The notes below the pieces were generated by a model. The model did not search any database and was not told the DNA's origin. It saw only the letters and a program-made list of their open reading frames with translations. Source: Piromyces finnis finn (Eukaryota > Fungi > Neocallimastigomycota). From it: a stretch of 64,000 nucleotides of DNA. Location: contig MCFH01000001.1 of the NCBI GenBank assembly GCA_002104945.1, positions 124,001 through 188,000 on the forward strand, read 5' to 3'. The position numbers were made by a program, and so were the translations under genes. Shown piece by piece: positions 38,026 through 48,446 of this stretch; position 1 is the stretch's first letter; the number at the start of each line of letters is the position of its first letter.

Positions 38026-41000
38026 TTAGATTTTGTGTTTTCTAATACTTTTATTGAATTGAATTAATAATTCTTGATATCTTGGGTTACTTTCTATTAC
38101 TGTAGCAGGAACCCAGTGCCAACTTAGGCGGTGTTTATAACGAATTTTATATTCGTAGCGTTTTTCTTTATAATTTGTCCTAAAGTCACCAATTTCTATA
38201 ATTTCTGCATTAGTTTCTTTATATTTAAATCTATTTTTAAATTTATCTGGCGTAGATACATAAGGTTCAAGTTCCGATATGTGAAATACAGGGTGGTGTT
38301 TTGGAAAAGGTGATTTTGAAATATCTATTTTATAATTACCATTGTTTAAAACTTCTAAAACCTTGTAAGGACCATACTTACGAGGCGCTAGTTTGGCATT
38401 TTCAGTAGTAGCAAAAGCAGGAGGTGCATGAATCCAAACTTTTTGTCCTTCATTCAATTCAGGAGCAATAATTCTTTTCTTATCGGCAGCTCTTTTGTAT
38501 AAATCTTGAGATCTAAGCAAAACATCTTTAACTAAAAGGAAATTTTTACTAACATCTTTAATGTATTTAAAGTTTGAATCAGAACCTTGAAACAAAAAGA
38601 CATCATCCATAGGTGGGTGGAATCCATAATTAATGAAAAATGGAGTTTGTTTTGTCGATTCATGAACTGTATTATTATAAACAAATTCAGCTAGATGTAA
38701 CCATTCAATCCAGTCATCGTGGAAAAATGTTCTTGAATAGCAACGTAAATATTGTTCAATGAAAGAGTTACAACGTTCTACTTGACCAACGGTCTCATGG
38801 TGATCTGTGGTAGCTATTTTTGGCTTAACACGCAATTTTTCCATAATTTCTATCCATAAAGCACTAGTAAATTGTGTTCCTCTGTCCGTATAAATATCTG
38901 TAGGTAGTCCATGGAGTTTAAAAATATTTTTTAGGAAAGCTTTGGCAGTTTCTTCAGCTGTAGGTATTTCTTTGAACGGAATAAGGTGAATCATTTTTGA
39001 AAAGCGATCTACAACAACCATTATAACGGAAAACTTTTTTGATTCAGGGAGACCACAAAGAAAATCGATTTCAATAGATTTCCAAGGGCGATCAGGAATT
39101 TCTAAAGGTCTTAAAAGATCATATCTTTTATGTCTATTAACTTTATTTCTGGAACATTGTTCGCAAGAATTGACAAAATTTACGATATCTTGATGCATTT
39201 TGGGCCACCAAAAATTACGGTTAATTAGTTCTTCAGTTCTTCGAATACCTAAATGTCCAGCAGTAGCGTTATCATGGTACCTGGTTAAAATATCTACATG
39301 AAGTTTTTCTGGTACATAAATTAAATTATTATATAAAATTAAATTATTTTTTATTTTAAATTTTTCCATTTTTCTGAAAGGTCTGTAAAAGTAACCTTGA
39401 TTAGCATTATTAGGACTAAAGTAAAGATAAATATTATTCGCATTTTCATCATCCTTATAATTTTCTATTATTTGATCAATGAGAGAACCAACAATACCAA
39501 CAAAACATGGAGTATCGGGAACGTTTTTATAATCTAATATATGTTCTGGTTTAGGTTCAACATTATTTTTCTCGTAATCAGGTCTTCTTGACAAACTATC
39601 AGGTTTACCATTTTTTCTTCCTTGGCGGTATATTAATTGAAAATTATATTCTTGGAAAAATAAATGCCAACGATGTTGACGTTGGTTTCCGACTTTACCA
39701 CCTAAGGTGTATAGAAGGTTTTTATGGTCAGTAAAAACGGTTACTTGGTATTTAGCACCTAGTAATAAATGTCTCCAGGTAGAAAATGCACATTTTATAG
39801 CTAAAAGTTCCTTTTCAGTAATTGAATAATTTAATTCAGCATTGTTTAAACATCTTGAATAATATGCTACAGGATGTAATTTGTTATCTTCATCCTTTTG
39901 AGAAAGTATACAACCAATGGCAAAATTACTAGCATCGCATTCGACAATAAATGGTTTGGTTGGATCTGGATGTAATAAAATAGGTGAAGAGATTAGTCTC
40001 TTTTTTAATTCTAAAAATGAGTTATTACATTTATCATTCCAATTAAAACTAGTATTTTTCTTTGTTAAATTGTGAAGCGGTTTAGCAATAGTAGCAAAAT
40101 CTTTTATAAATCTTCTATAATAGTTGCATAATCCAACAAAGCGTTGAACATCTTTTACACAATTAGGTGTAGGCCATTCTTGGACAGATTTAATTTTCTT
40201 TGGATCAGTAGATATACCATTGCCTGATATAACGTGTCCTAAAAATTCAACTTCTGGCTTGTGAAATTCACATTTCTTTAATTTAGCAAATAAATTATTT
40301 TTGAGCAATGTTTGGAGAACAGTACGAACATGTTGTATATGTTCATCTAATGTTTCCGAGTAAATCAGAATATCATCTAAATATAAAATAACAAATTTTT
40401 CTAAATAAGGGCGTAATACTGAATTAATAAATGATTGAAATGTAGCAGGGGCATTTCTTAAACCAAAAGGCATTACTAAATATTCATAGTGACCATATTT
40501 AGTTCTAAAAGCTGTCTTATATTCGTCTCCTTCACGAATACGCACTAAATTGTAAGCAGAACGAAGATCTAATTTTGAAAAGAATTTAGCACCTTTCACT
40601 CTTTCGATAATATCAGTAATTAGAGGAAGTGGGTAAGAATTGCGAATTGTAACTGCATTTAATTTTTTGTAATCAATACAAAGACGTAACGATCCATCCT
40701 TCTTTTTCTGAAATAAAACAGGATAACCAGCTGGAGATTCAGATGGTCTAATGAATCCTTTCTTGAGATTTTCATCTATGTATTCTTTAAGAACTTGGGA
40801 TTCATCTTCAGATAGAGGATATATAGGACCATAATGTAAAGAAGCATCTTTTTGTAAAACGATTTTACAATCCGTTAGCCTATGTGGTGGTAGTTTATCA
40901 GCCTTAACCTTGCTGAAAACTTCCGCTAAATCACGATATGGTTCTGGTACTTCTTCTAATTTGAAGTCTTCTTCATTATCATCTTCATCATCAGTATTAT

Positions 41001-41751
41001 AATCTTTTTCACTATTAGCTAAAAATGAGTGAATAAAGTAATTATAGCTGAAATTTTGATATTTTGGTTTAGAGCAATTTTTCAAATTATTAAAAGATGT
41101 ATTGGAAGTTAATTTATTATGATTAATGGTTTTAATTTTTAAATTTTTGGATTTATTCAATCGGTTTTTATTAATTTTATATATAATTTTATTAGAATTT
41201 AATTTTTTAAAATTGTTAAAATTTAAACTTGAATATACAAAATTTTTATTATAATTAAAATGTAGTTGATATTTGTGTAAAAATTTATTGCCTAATAACA
41301 AATCTGTTGGAAGATTTTTAATAATTAGAAATTTTTCTTTAAAAGTAATTAAAAATTTTGAATGATTAATATAGATAGTAGTCTTAAAATATAAGAAGGT
41401 GTATGTATCAATAAATATTGAACCACTAATTCCATTTATTTCAATTGAGTGTAATAATTTGTGTGGTTTTAGTTTTAATTTATTGACCAAGTTGATTGAA
41501 ATAAAGTTGCAATATGAGCCACTATCTAAAATTAAATTGTATTGATTTTTATTAATTGAATTTTTTAAATCATAAAGTTTGTTTAATTTAATTGGGATAA
41601 AAAATTTTAAGTTGAAAAATGTTGTAGGCAATTTTTTATTTATTTTAGAGTCATATGTAGGAAAGTTGTAATGTATTATTTTTGTATTATGAACTCTCTT
41701 AGACTCTCTTGAGAGTTCATTTCTTAGTTTTTTGAGTTCATTTTTTGAACT
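38026..41751 (-). CDS. pol: F Pol (PR, RT, RH, IN, degenerate chromodomain-like tail), probably reached by -1 frameshift
   Basis: ILDSGS, YLDD, ECDAS, TDRG, KYGPY. The track start at 41631 is TTG; the frame is open from 41751 and overlaps the end of gag. Confidence 0.92.
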   Translation of the reverse strand, partial: SSKNELKKLRNELSRESKRVHNTKIIHYNFPTYDSKINKKLPTTFFNLKFFIPIKLNKLYDLKNSINKNQYNLILDSGSYCNFISINLVNKLKLKPHKLLHSIEINGISGSIFIDTYTFLYFKTTIYINHSKFLITFKEKFLIIKNLPTDLLLGNKFLHKYQLHFNYNKNFVYSSLNFNNFKKLNSNKIIYKINKNRLNKSKNLKIKTINHNKLTSNTSFNNLKNCSKPKYQNFSYNYFIHSFLANSEKDYNTDDEDDNEEDFKLEEVPEPYRDLAEVFSKVKADKLPPHRLTDCKIVLQKDASLHYGPIYPLSEDESQVLKEYIDENLKKGFIRPSESPAGYPVLFQKKKDGSLRLCIDYKKLNAVTIRNSYPLPLITDIIERVKGAKFFSKLDLRSAYNLVRIREGDEYKTAFRTKYGHYEYLVMPFGLRNAPATFQSFINSVLRPYLEKFVILYLDDILIYSETLDEHIQHVRTVLQTLLKNNLFAKLKKCEFHKPEVEFLGHVISGNGISTDPKKIKSVQEWPTPNCVKDVQRFVGLCNYYRRFIKDFATIAKPLHNLTKKNTSFNWNDKCNNSFLELKKRLISSPILLHPDPTKPFIVECDASNFAIGCILSQKDEDNKLHPVAYYSRCLNNAELNYSITEKELLAIKCAFSTWRHLLLGAKYQVTVFTDHKNLLYTLGGKVGNQRQHRWHLFFQEYNFQLIYRQGRKNGKPDSLSRRPDYEKNNVEPKPEHILDYKNVPDTPCFVGIVGSLIDQIIENYKDDENANNIYLYFSPNNANQGYFYRPFRKMEKFKIKNNLILYNNLIYVPEKLHVDILTRYHDNATAGHLGIRRTEELINRNFWWPKMHQDIVNFVNSCEQCSRNKVNRHKRYDLLRPLEIPDRPWKSIEIDFLCGLPESKKFSVIMVVVDRFSKMIHLIPFKEIPTAEETAKAFLKNIFKLHGLPTDIYTDRGTQFTSALWIEIMEKLRVKPKIATTDHHETVGQVERCNSFIEQYLRCYSRTFFHDDWIEWLHLAEFVYNNTVHESTKQTPFFINYGFHPPMDDVFLFQGSDSNFKYIKDVSKNFLLVKDVLLRSQDLYKRAADKKRIIAPELNEGQKVWIHAPPAFATTENAKLAPRKYGPYKVLEVLNNGNYKIDISKSPFPKHHPVFHISELEPYVSTPDKFKNRFKYKETNAEIIEIGDFRTNYKEKRYEYKIRYKHRLSWHWVPATVIESNPRYQELLIQFNKSIRKHKI
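41689..41733 (-). promoter_or_regulatory. -1 programmed ribosomal frameshift signal
   Basis: A_AAA_AAC (41733-41727), 6-nt spacer TAAGAA, stem ATGAACTCTC/GAGAGTTCAT (41720-41689). Confidence 0.85.
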
Positions 41752-42634
41752 TTATTGACATAATTATTATTATTGTTTGAATTTTGATAATGGGTTTTAT
41801 TCTTATTGAATTTCCTATTGTTTCTCTTATTGTAATGTTGATTTTTATTATTATTATTATTGATATTTAATTTATTATTAGTAGCAAGAGAATTTTCAAA
41901 AATTATACACTTTGTAACCATTTCACTTAAAGTGTTAGGTAAAATATCAGCTTTCTTAATTTCATTCTTATATTTTGGATGTAAACCATTTAAAAATATT
42001 AGTGAAAGACTAATGTCATCTATCTCTAAACAACGACTTAAATCTCTAAATTTGTTAATATAATCGTTCACTTTTCCATAAGCTTGTCTTAATTCTATTA
42101 ATTGAATCATGGCTAATTTGGTACTGGTAACATTTGAAAAAGCTTTGTTTAATTCACTTAATAGTTCGTTCATAGTCATAGGAGTAATACCATCTTTATA
42201 TTTAATATGATACCAAGTTCTGGCAGAATCACGTAATCTAACAACAACAAAGTTAATTTTTACTTCTTCAGATAGTTGATTGTTAGGTGGAGTTTTAAAG
42301 GTAGCTTGGCAGAGTTCGCAGAATAACTCAGTCTGAGTAGTATCACCAGTAAAGAATCCTGGATCTGGTACTTGTTTGATAGGATAGGTTCTATTACGCA
42401 TTATAACATCATGATCTTCATCATAATCAGTAGAAGATTCCTCGGTTTCAGTATAATTAGCACGACTCTTAAGTTCCTTTAACATAGCATCCATACGTTC
42501 TAACAAGGAGGTGGTATTTTTATCCAATTGTTGAGTGATATACTTGTCTAATTCACCACAAAGATTTTTCTTAAATTCTTCTAAATCTTGAGGCTTTAGG
42601 AATTGTTGAACTGGTTTAGGTGTTGGTTGAGTCA

Positions 42635-42635
<1 letters not shown>
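41724..42635 (-). CDS. gag: F Gag, 303 aa (retrotransposon gag-like, Asn-rich tail, no CCHC knuckle)
   Basis: Located after the PBS; FVVVRLRDSARTWY and YGKVNDYINKFRDL resemble the gag cores of A and J. Confidence 0.9.
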
Positions 42636-42669
<34 letters not shown>

Positions 42670-43811
42670 AAATTAAGTTTTTTCCTAAGGTAGTTATGGT
42701 AAAAAACGCGGTAAAGATTATTGTAAAAGTTTTACTAAACTTATAATTTAATATTAAAATATTAAATTAAATAAAAGGTTAAAAGATAACTAGGTTAGAA
42801 AAAAAAATGTTTTATTAAAATAATCTTAATTGATTTATAAATGAATAATTATATTATGTATTATAGTTAAAATAATTCCTTTTTATTTTATTTAAAGAAT
42901 ATATATAATAATAAGATTATTTAATAGTAATACTTATTAAGTATTAATAAGATAATAATCTTTACAAAGATTTAATTCATAAAACTATTCTAAACTATTT
43001 ATACTATTTGTAATTTTACATTTAATACTAAAATAACTTTTCAATACATGATTATATTCATAATATATTTTATAATACTTAAACTAAACTTAAGACTTAT
43101 TCCTAATTATTAAAAAATAACTATTGTTTATAATATTCATAATATTAATTATTTCTTAATTATAATATAATTCATTGAATATAATATTAATAATTATAAT
43201 CCTCTAGTTCAAAGATTATAGATTATGTTATTGAAATAATTATTATAAAATAAAGTTAATTAGTTCCGGAAAATAATTTTAATTTAATTAAACAATAATT
43301 TTTTATACTTTGAGTGAATGATTTATATTTGATATATCAGGGGTGATCATTCTCTGAATAAACAATTAATCATTGCTAACAAAATATCTTTAAATTGGAA
43401 TATCTCGTGAACCAGCAGAGATATTGACCTGATTTTAAGATATGTTGTTTGTCTCGAGCGTGGCTTTCTAACGAACGTAATTATAACCAAAATATTTTTA
43501 TTCAAAAATCGTCATTCGTTGAGGAGATACGCGTGTTTTTTCTTATTCCATTTTAACGATAAGGGTTAAAGTTATTTATTATAAAAATTATTAAGGGTTA
43601 AGGTCATATTTTAACCTTTTCTAAATTTTTAAATATTTCTTAATAAAATTTTATAATTTATTTGAAAATAAAATATTTGTTGATTTTGAATTTTCATAAG
43701 TGATTTCACAATTCCAAGTGATCTTGAAATTGTAATTTCACTAGTATTCGTGACAATTATTATATTGTAGATAATAATTATTATTAAATATATAATAATT
43801 ATTACATGAAT

Positions 43812-44942
43812 GATGCGTTGACCGATATATTTTTGAATAATATAATATTTTTAATAAATAATAAATTCTAATATTTATGATGAAACAATAAATTTAAAAT
43901 AAAATAAAATATGTTTTATAATTAACAAATAAATCACTCAAAAACTCGAAAATAAACTCTTTTTATTATGTTTAAATTATCTCTTTATTATATTTATAAT
44001 TTATTTATTGTCTATTTATTGTCCGCCCCCTTTTATAAAGAAGAATTTTATCTTCTTTTTATACATTTTTCATTTATTACATGTATTATTATTTTTAACT
44101 ATTAAATATTATTACTATTGTGATTATTTATTAAAATTAAAGAATAAATTAAAATTATGTCTTAATATTATAAAAATGTTATAGAATATTACTTATTTGA
44201 TTTTCTTATTACTTCAAAATGTTTAAAATTAGAAAAACTATTATAAATTATCATTAACTATCATTAAATGTATAATACCTTGAATAAAATAATTAAAATT
44301 TAAAATTAAAATAATATTAAAATAAAATTAAAATAAAAATTAAAATAAAAATTGAAATAAAATTAATAAAATCAAATATTAAAAGTATCAATTAATATAA
44401 ACACATTTTATACAGAAACATAAAAGAGTTCTGTATTTTATCTTTAAAATTGTTATTATTGTTCTATTTCCAGGTTTTAAGTTTATCATTTTAGTAATAA
44501 TTACTCAATTAGTTATTTTTTTTAATTTATAAGTTTAAGAGAATTTCTAAAGAACACTTGGATAAACACTAGAATTAATAATTTGATGTATATCATTTTA
44601 TTTTTAGTTTATTTATTCATTTTTATTTATTTATTATTATTTTATTATTTTAGTACATTATTGGATTAAGTCGTTTTATTTTATTTAATAATTTATTTTA
44701 TTTAATAATTTATTTTATTTAATAATTTATTTTATTATTATCACTATTAGGTCGTTTTTACTCAGAATTTATTATATAATAAAGATAATATTTTTTATTT
44801 AAAGAAAGGGTTATATTTTCATAAAATTATTATTCATTCATCTTTAAGGGTTATTATTGTTTATTTTTATTATAAGTTACTATGGGTTAAGTCGTGTTTA
44901 TTCAGCTAGTTTTTATCATGTTTTTATGTGAGTAGCGTATTA
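43812..44942. mobile_element. Unclassified ~1.13-kb insertion X in the J 3' LTR
   Basis: Flanked by TGAAT (43807-43811 / 44943-44947), absent from the J 5' LTR, no TG...CA ends, no ORF. Confidence 0.6.
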
Positions 44943-44957
44943 TGAATACTAGAAATA

Positions 44958-45030
44958 ACTAAATTGTCTTAGTGGTTAGTAGCTAAGACTTTGAGTCTGA
45001 ATGACACTAGTTCGAGACCTCATAGATACT
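44958..45030 (+). pseudogene. Possible highly degenerate tRNA-Gln(TTG)-like segment in U3 of the J LTR (also ~22472-22545)
   Basis: TAGTGGTTAG, imperfect arm TAAGA-CTTTGAG-TCTGA, B-box-like GTTCGAGAC; acceptor, D and T stems do not pair. Confidence 0.25.
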
Positions 45031-45375
45031 ATTTTAAAAAAATTATAATTTTATTTTATTTTATTTTATTTTTAAATTTTATTTTATATGAAGATTATTG
45101 ATTGGTTAAGAATTTTAAGTTGAAAAAATTTATAAATTAATTTAAAAAATTTTTAGTATAAATACGAGTGAATTTTCCCAAATATTTTAAAGAATCGAGA
45201 TTTTATTAATAAATAATTATATTATTAAACACTAACTTATTAAGTTAAATTCTATGTGTTTTTAATGATATTTTTATAAATTAATAATTTACAGAATATT
45301 TTAAAGTGTTAATATTACTAAGTTATTTAGTAAATATTATAATTTGTTTTATTGTTAAAGACACATTTCTTTACA

Positions 45376-46100
45376 ATAATATAACTGTTGGATTTATTGT
45401 TGAAACCTAAATGTATACCTTTGATGGAATTAGGGTCGAACTTTGATTTAGACTGAGCAAAATTTTTATAATAAGCAATACACCCGAAAACTCTAATGTG
45501 GTCAAATTTTACGGGTGAGTTGAAGAATACTTCATCAGGAATTTTATAGCTAATACCACTGTGAGGGGTTAGGTTATATACATATTTAGAGAACCTAACT
45601 GCAAAATCCCAAAACATTGTACCAATGTTACTCCAGGTTAGAATGGTCTTTGCGGAAGCTATAAGTGTTTGGTTAAACCTTTCAGCTATGCCGTTATTTT
45701 GAGGATTATATGGAGGAGAGAATATTTTAGCAATACCTTTGCTTTTACAATAGTTAATAATTTTGTTGTTATTATATTCCTTCCCGTTGTCAGATTTAAA
45801 AAATTTAATATTATAATTCTCATTGATTTTCCAAAAAAATAAAAAATTCCAGAATAGTTTTAACAGCTTCGGCCTTAGCAGAAAGCGTAAAAATCCAGCT
45901 TTTCCTTGAAAATTCATCAATAAAGGTAATGATGAATCTTTTACCTTTAAAGGAGACAGGTAAAGGTCCGATGATATCTGAATGTATTTTTTCCAGAATT
46001 TTTTCAGCTTTTGAAGTTTCTCTATTATGAGGAAGTCGTTTTAATTTGGAGATATCACAATAAGGACATCTGTAATAACGCGAGAGACTCAGGTTAACAC
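45376..46100 (-). pseudogene. Degraded host Copia-1 integrase
   Basis: CPYCDISKL..IHSDIIGP..ITFIDEFS (frameshifted), KSDNGKEY, NGIAERFN, KGIHLGF. Confidence 0.9.
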
Positions 46101-46466
46101 AATACTAATTAACTATTTTTTGTATTAATAGTATATTTTATTAATAATTTGATTATTTAATATTATTAATACAAATTAACCTTAATACTAATTCTAAAGA
46201 CTAAATTTACATGAATTTTATAAATTATTTATATTTACTATTTATAAATATTCTTATTTAATAATTATGAATAAACATTATTCATATTGATTGGTAACTT
46301 CAATTATTTAAATAAAAAAGAAGAAATAGAAATAGACAAATATTATGGATTAAATGTAGCGATTGCTATATTTAATCCATAATATAGAGAACCCAGAGTC
46401 GAACACATGACAAGTAGGTCAGCGTCCAACAACCTGACGGCGAAGCCAGCTTGGAGGACTCCGAAA

Positions 46467-47806
46467 TGTTGTGTAAGAATAAATACTTATTATTTATTCT
46501 TAGTATTAAATATTACAAATAATTTATTTAGTTAATAATCATTAATCCATTAGATTATATTAATATATTTATTTATTATTATAGTTATTTGTTAAGTTAA
46601 ATATTGTAAATATTTATTTAGTTAATAATTATTCATTCGCTATATTAGATTAATTAATTTATTTAATTATGTATTTATACATTCATTTATATATATACTT
46701 GTATTATAAAAGATAAAACACATACTAATTACATTAATAATATTATACAACTATATATTAGTATGTAATAGGAAATCGGATATTAAGGTTTTACCCGTTA
46801 TCAACGGTTTTACTTAATATTACGATGATTGGTATGATTAGAATATCAATCAAATAACTTTTTAGGTTTTTCTTCTAGTCTTTTCCTAAAAAGATTCTTG
46901 TTAAGATTAGAATGTTCTTAGAAATTTTAATTTAATAGAATAAAACATATAAATAGTACTCTTGAGTTCGATTTGAGAAATCAAGAGTTATTATTATAAG
47001 ATTAATTATAATAAATAACTTTATACAAAATAATAAGTAATAAAATAAATATTAAAAAAACTATTAAATACACAAAATAATTCTGATACATTTGGTTTTG
47101 TTTATTATAATTTCTTATAATAAACTCATTAAGTTAAGTTTCTAATTTTACCTTTATTTTCACATTTTAATAATAGTTTATATTATTAATTTAAAGCTAA
47201 TAATTATTATTATATAATAAATATAATATAATTATTACATGTTGATAAATAATTAAATTTATAAATTATGAATTTATAATAATAATAATAATAATAATAT
47301 TAAAACACAGATAGTTAAAAATTAAAATAATTAACATGTATAAAATTATTAAATTAAAAATTATAAATGTAAACTTTTTGTTTATTTAATTGTTTATTTA
47401 GTTTTAAATTAAATAGTTTATATTTGTTTATAATTATACTTTAAAATAATAATTTTGTATAAATAGTGATAGAATCATTTTATTTTAAAATTGTTCCTAA
47501 TAATCCAGTAAAATTAGATAATAATATTAAATTTTATTAAAATAATAGTTGTGATTATATTTACATACATTCAAGATGTATTAAACCATAACATATATAT
47601 ATTTAATAATACAAGAGTTATTAAATATTAAAACTTTATAATTAAATAAAATAATTTTATATTTTAAACTAACAAAGACTTGCAAATGAACAAGTATAAA
47701 AATCATTTATTTTATTTTATTTTTTTTTATTTTTTTTTTTTATATACAAATATTATCACTTTCTATATTCCTTTATAGAATTAAGATAATATCTTCTTCG
47801 TATCAA
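46467..47806. repeat. Probable LTR family L (TGTTGATA...TATCAA), interrupted by E3
   Basis: Copia-like TGTTG terminus; right end abuts B3; no matching TSD found. Confidence 0.5.
46472..47239. mobile_element. Solo LTR family E, divergent copy E3
   Basis: TSD TGTTG (46467-46471 / 47240-47244); conserved E core motifs. Confidence 0.85.
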
Positions 47807-47823
47807 TGTAAAAGGTTTATTAT

Positions 47824-48414
47824 TGTAAAATATTGTATTAATAGAATAATGTATTAATACGTATTTAAAATAATGTATAATGTATTAAATTAATGTACCT
47901 GTAAAGATATCACGCCAAACATTATATCTTTAATGTAACTTAAGCCACAAGTATTATTGTTTAAGTTACACAAATTATATTCAGAAAAAGAAAATGAGAC
48001 ATAATTTATTTATTAATAATTAAAGTTTAAAACAAAATAAATTATTAATTTATTTTTAATGTTTAACAAGTAAATTAATATTCTCAATTTAAATCCCTAG
48101 TTTTAGTATTGTTTTTTCATAGAAATAAATAAATAATAAATGATTAATATATCAATAATACATGGGCACATATTCAAATTGAATAGTACTTAATTTGAAT
48201 TGCCAATTGTATTTTACTAAAAATAGTTATAGTTTAAATATTTATTAATAATTAAGATTTTAGTGTAGATTTTAAATAATAATATATAAGAAATAAATAG
48301 TTATAATATAATATAAAAGTATTTAGAAAAAATATAAACAGAAGATATTTTTCATCATTTTATCGATGTAATTGTTATTCTTTTTATTCTTCTTAAATAA
48401 AATAAATTTTTAAT

Positions 48415-48446
<32 letters not shown>

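Larger units (their letters stand above)
36079..43755 (-). mobile_element. Ty3/Gypsy family F, full length
   Basis: 1034-bp LTRs 36079-37112 and 42722-43755, identical by eye; TSD ATTAT; PBS 42711-42721; PPT GGCGGAGCGA. Confidence 0.97.
35294..43806. mobile_element. Solo LTR family E, copy E2 (35294-36078 plus 43761-43806), interrupted by element F
   Basis: TSD TGAAT (35289-35293 / 43807-43811). Confidence 0.88.
14761..45375 (+). mobile_element. Chromoviral Ty3/Gypsy element J, expanded to 30.6 kb by nested insertions
   Basis: TSD ATAAT (14756-14760 / 45376-45380). LTR of ~438 bp TGTAATGAATAC...CTTTACA. 5' LTR pieces: 14761-14768, 15599-15602, 22464-22581, 28497-28800. 3' LTR pieces: 35284-35293, 44948-45375. 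PBS 28801-28810; PPT GGAGGAGGACCA. Confidence 0.9.

Noticed and set aside
46445-46466. Half-tRNA-Arg(CCG) PBS next to LTR L
   Set aside because: CT-CCG-AA resembles a loop, but the following base cannot pair with the stem; it may equally be a PPT-like sequence
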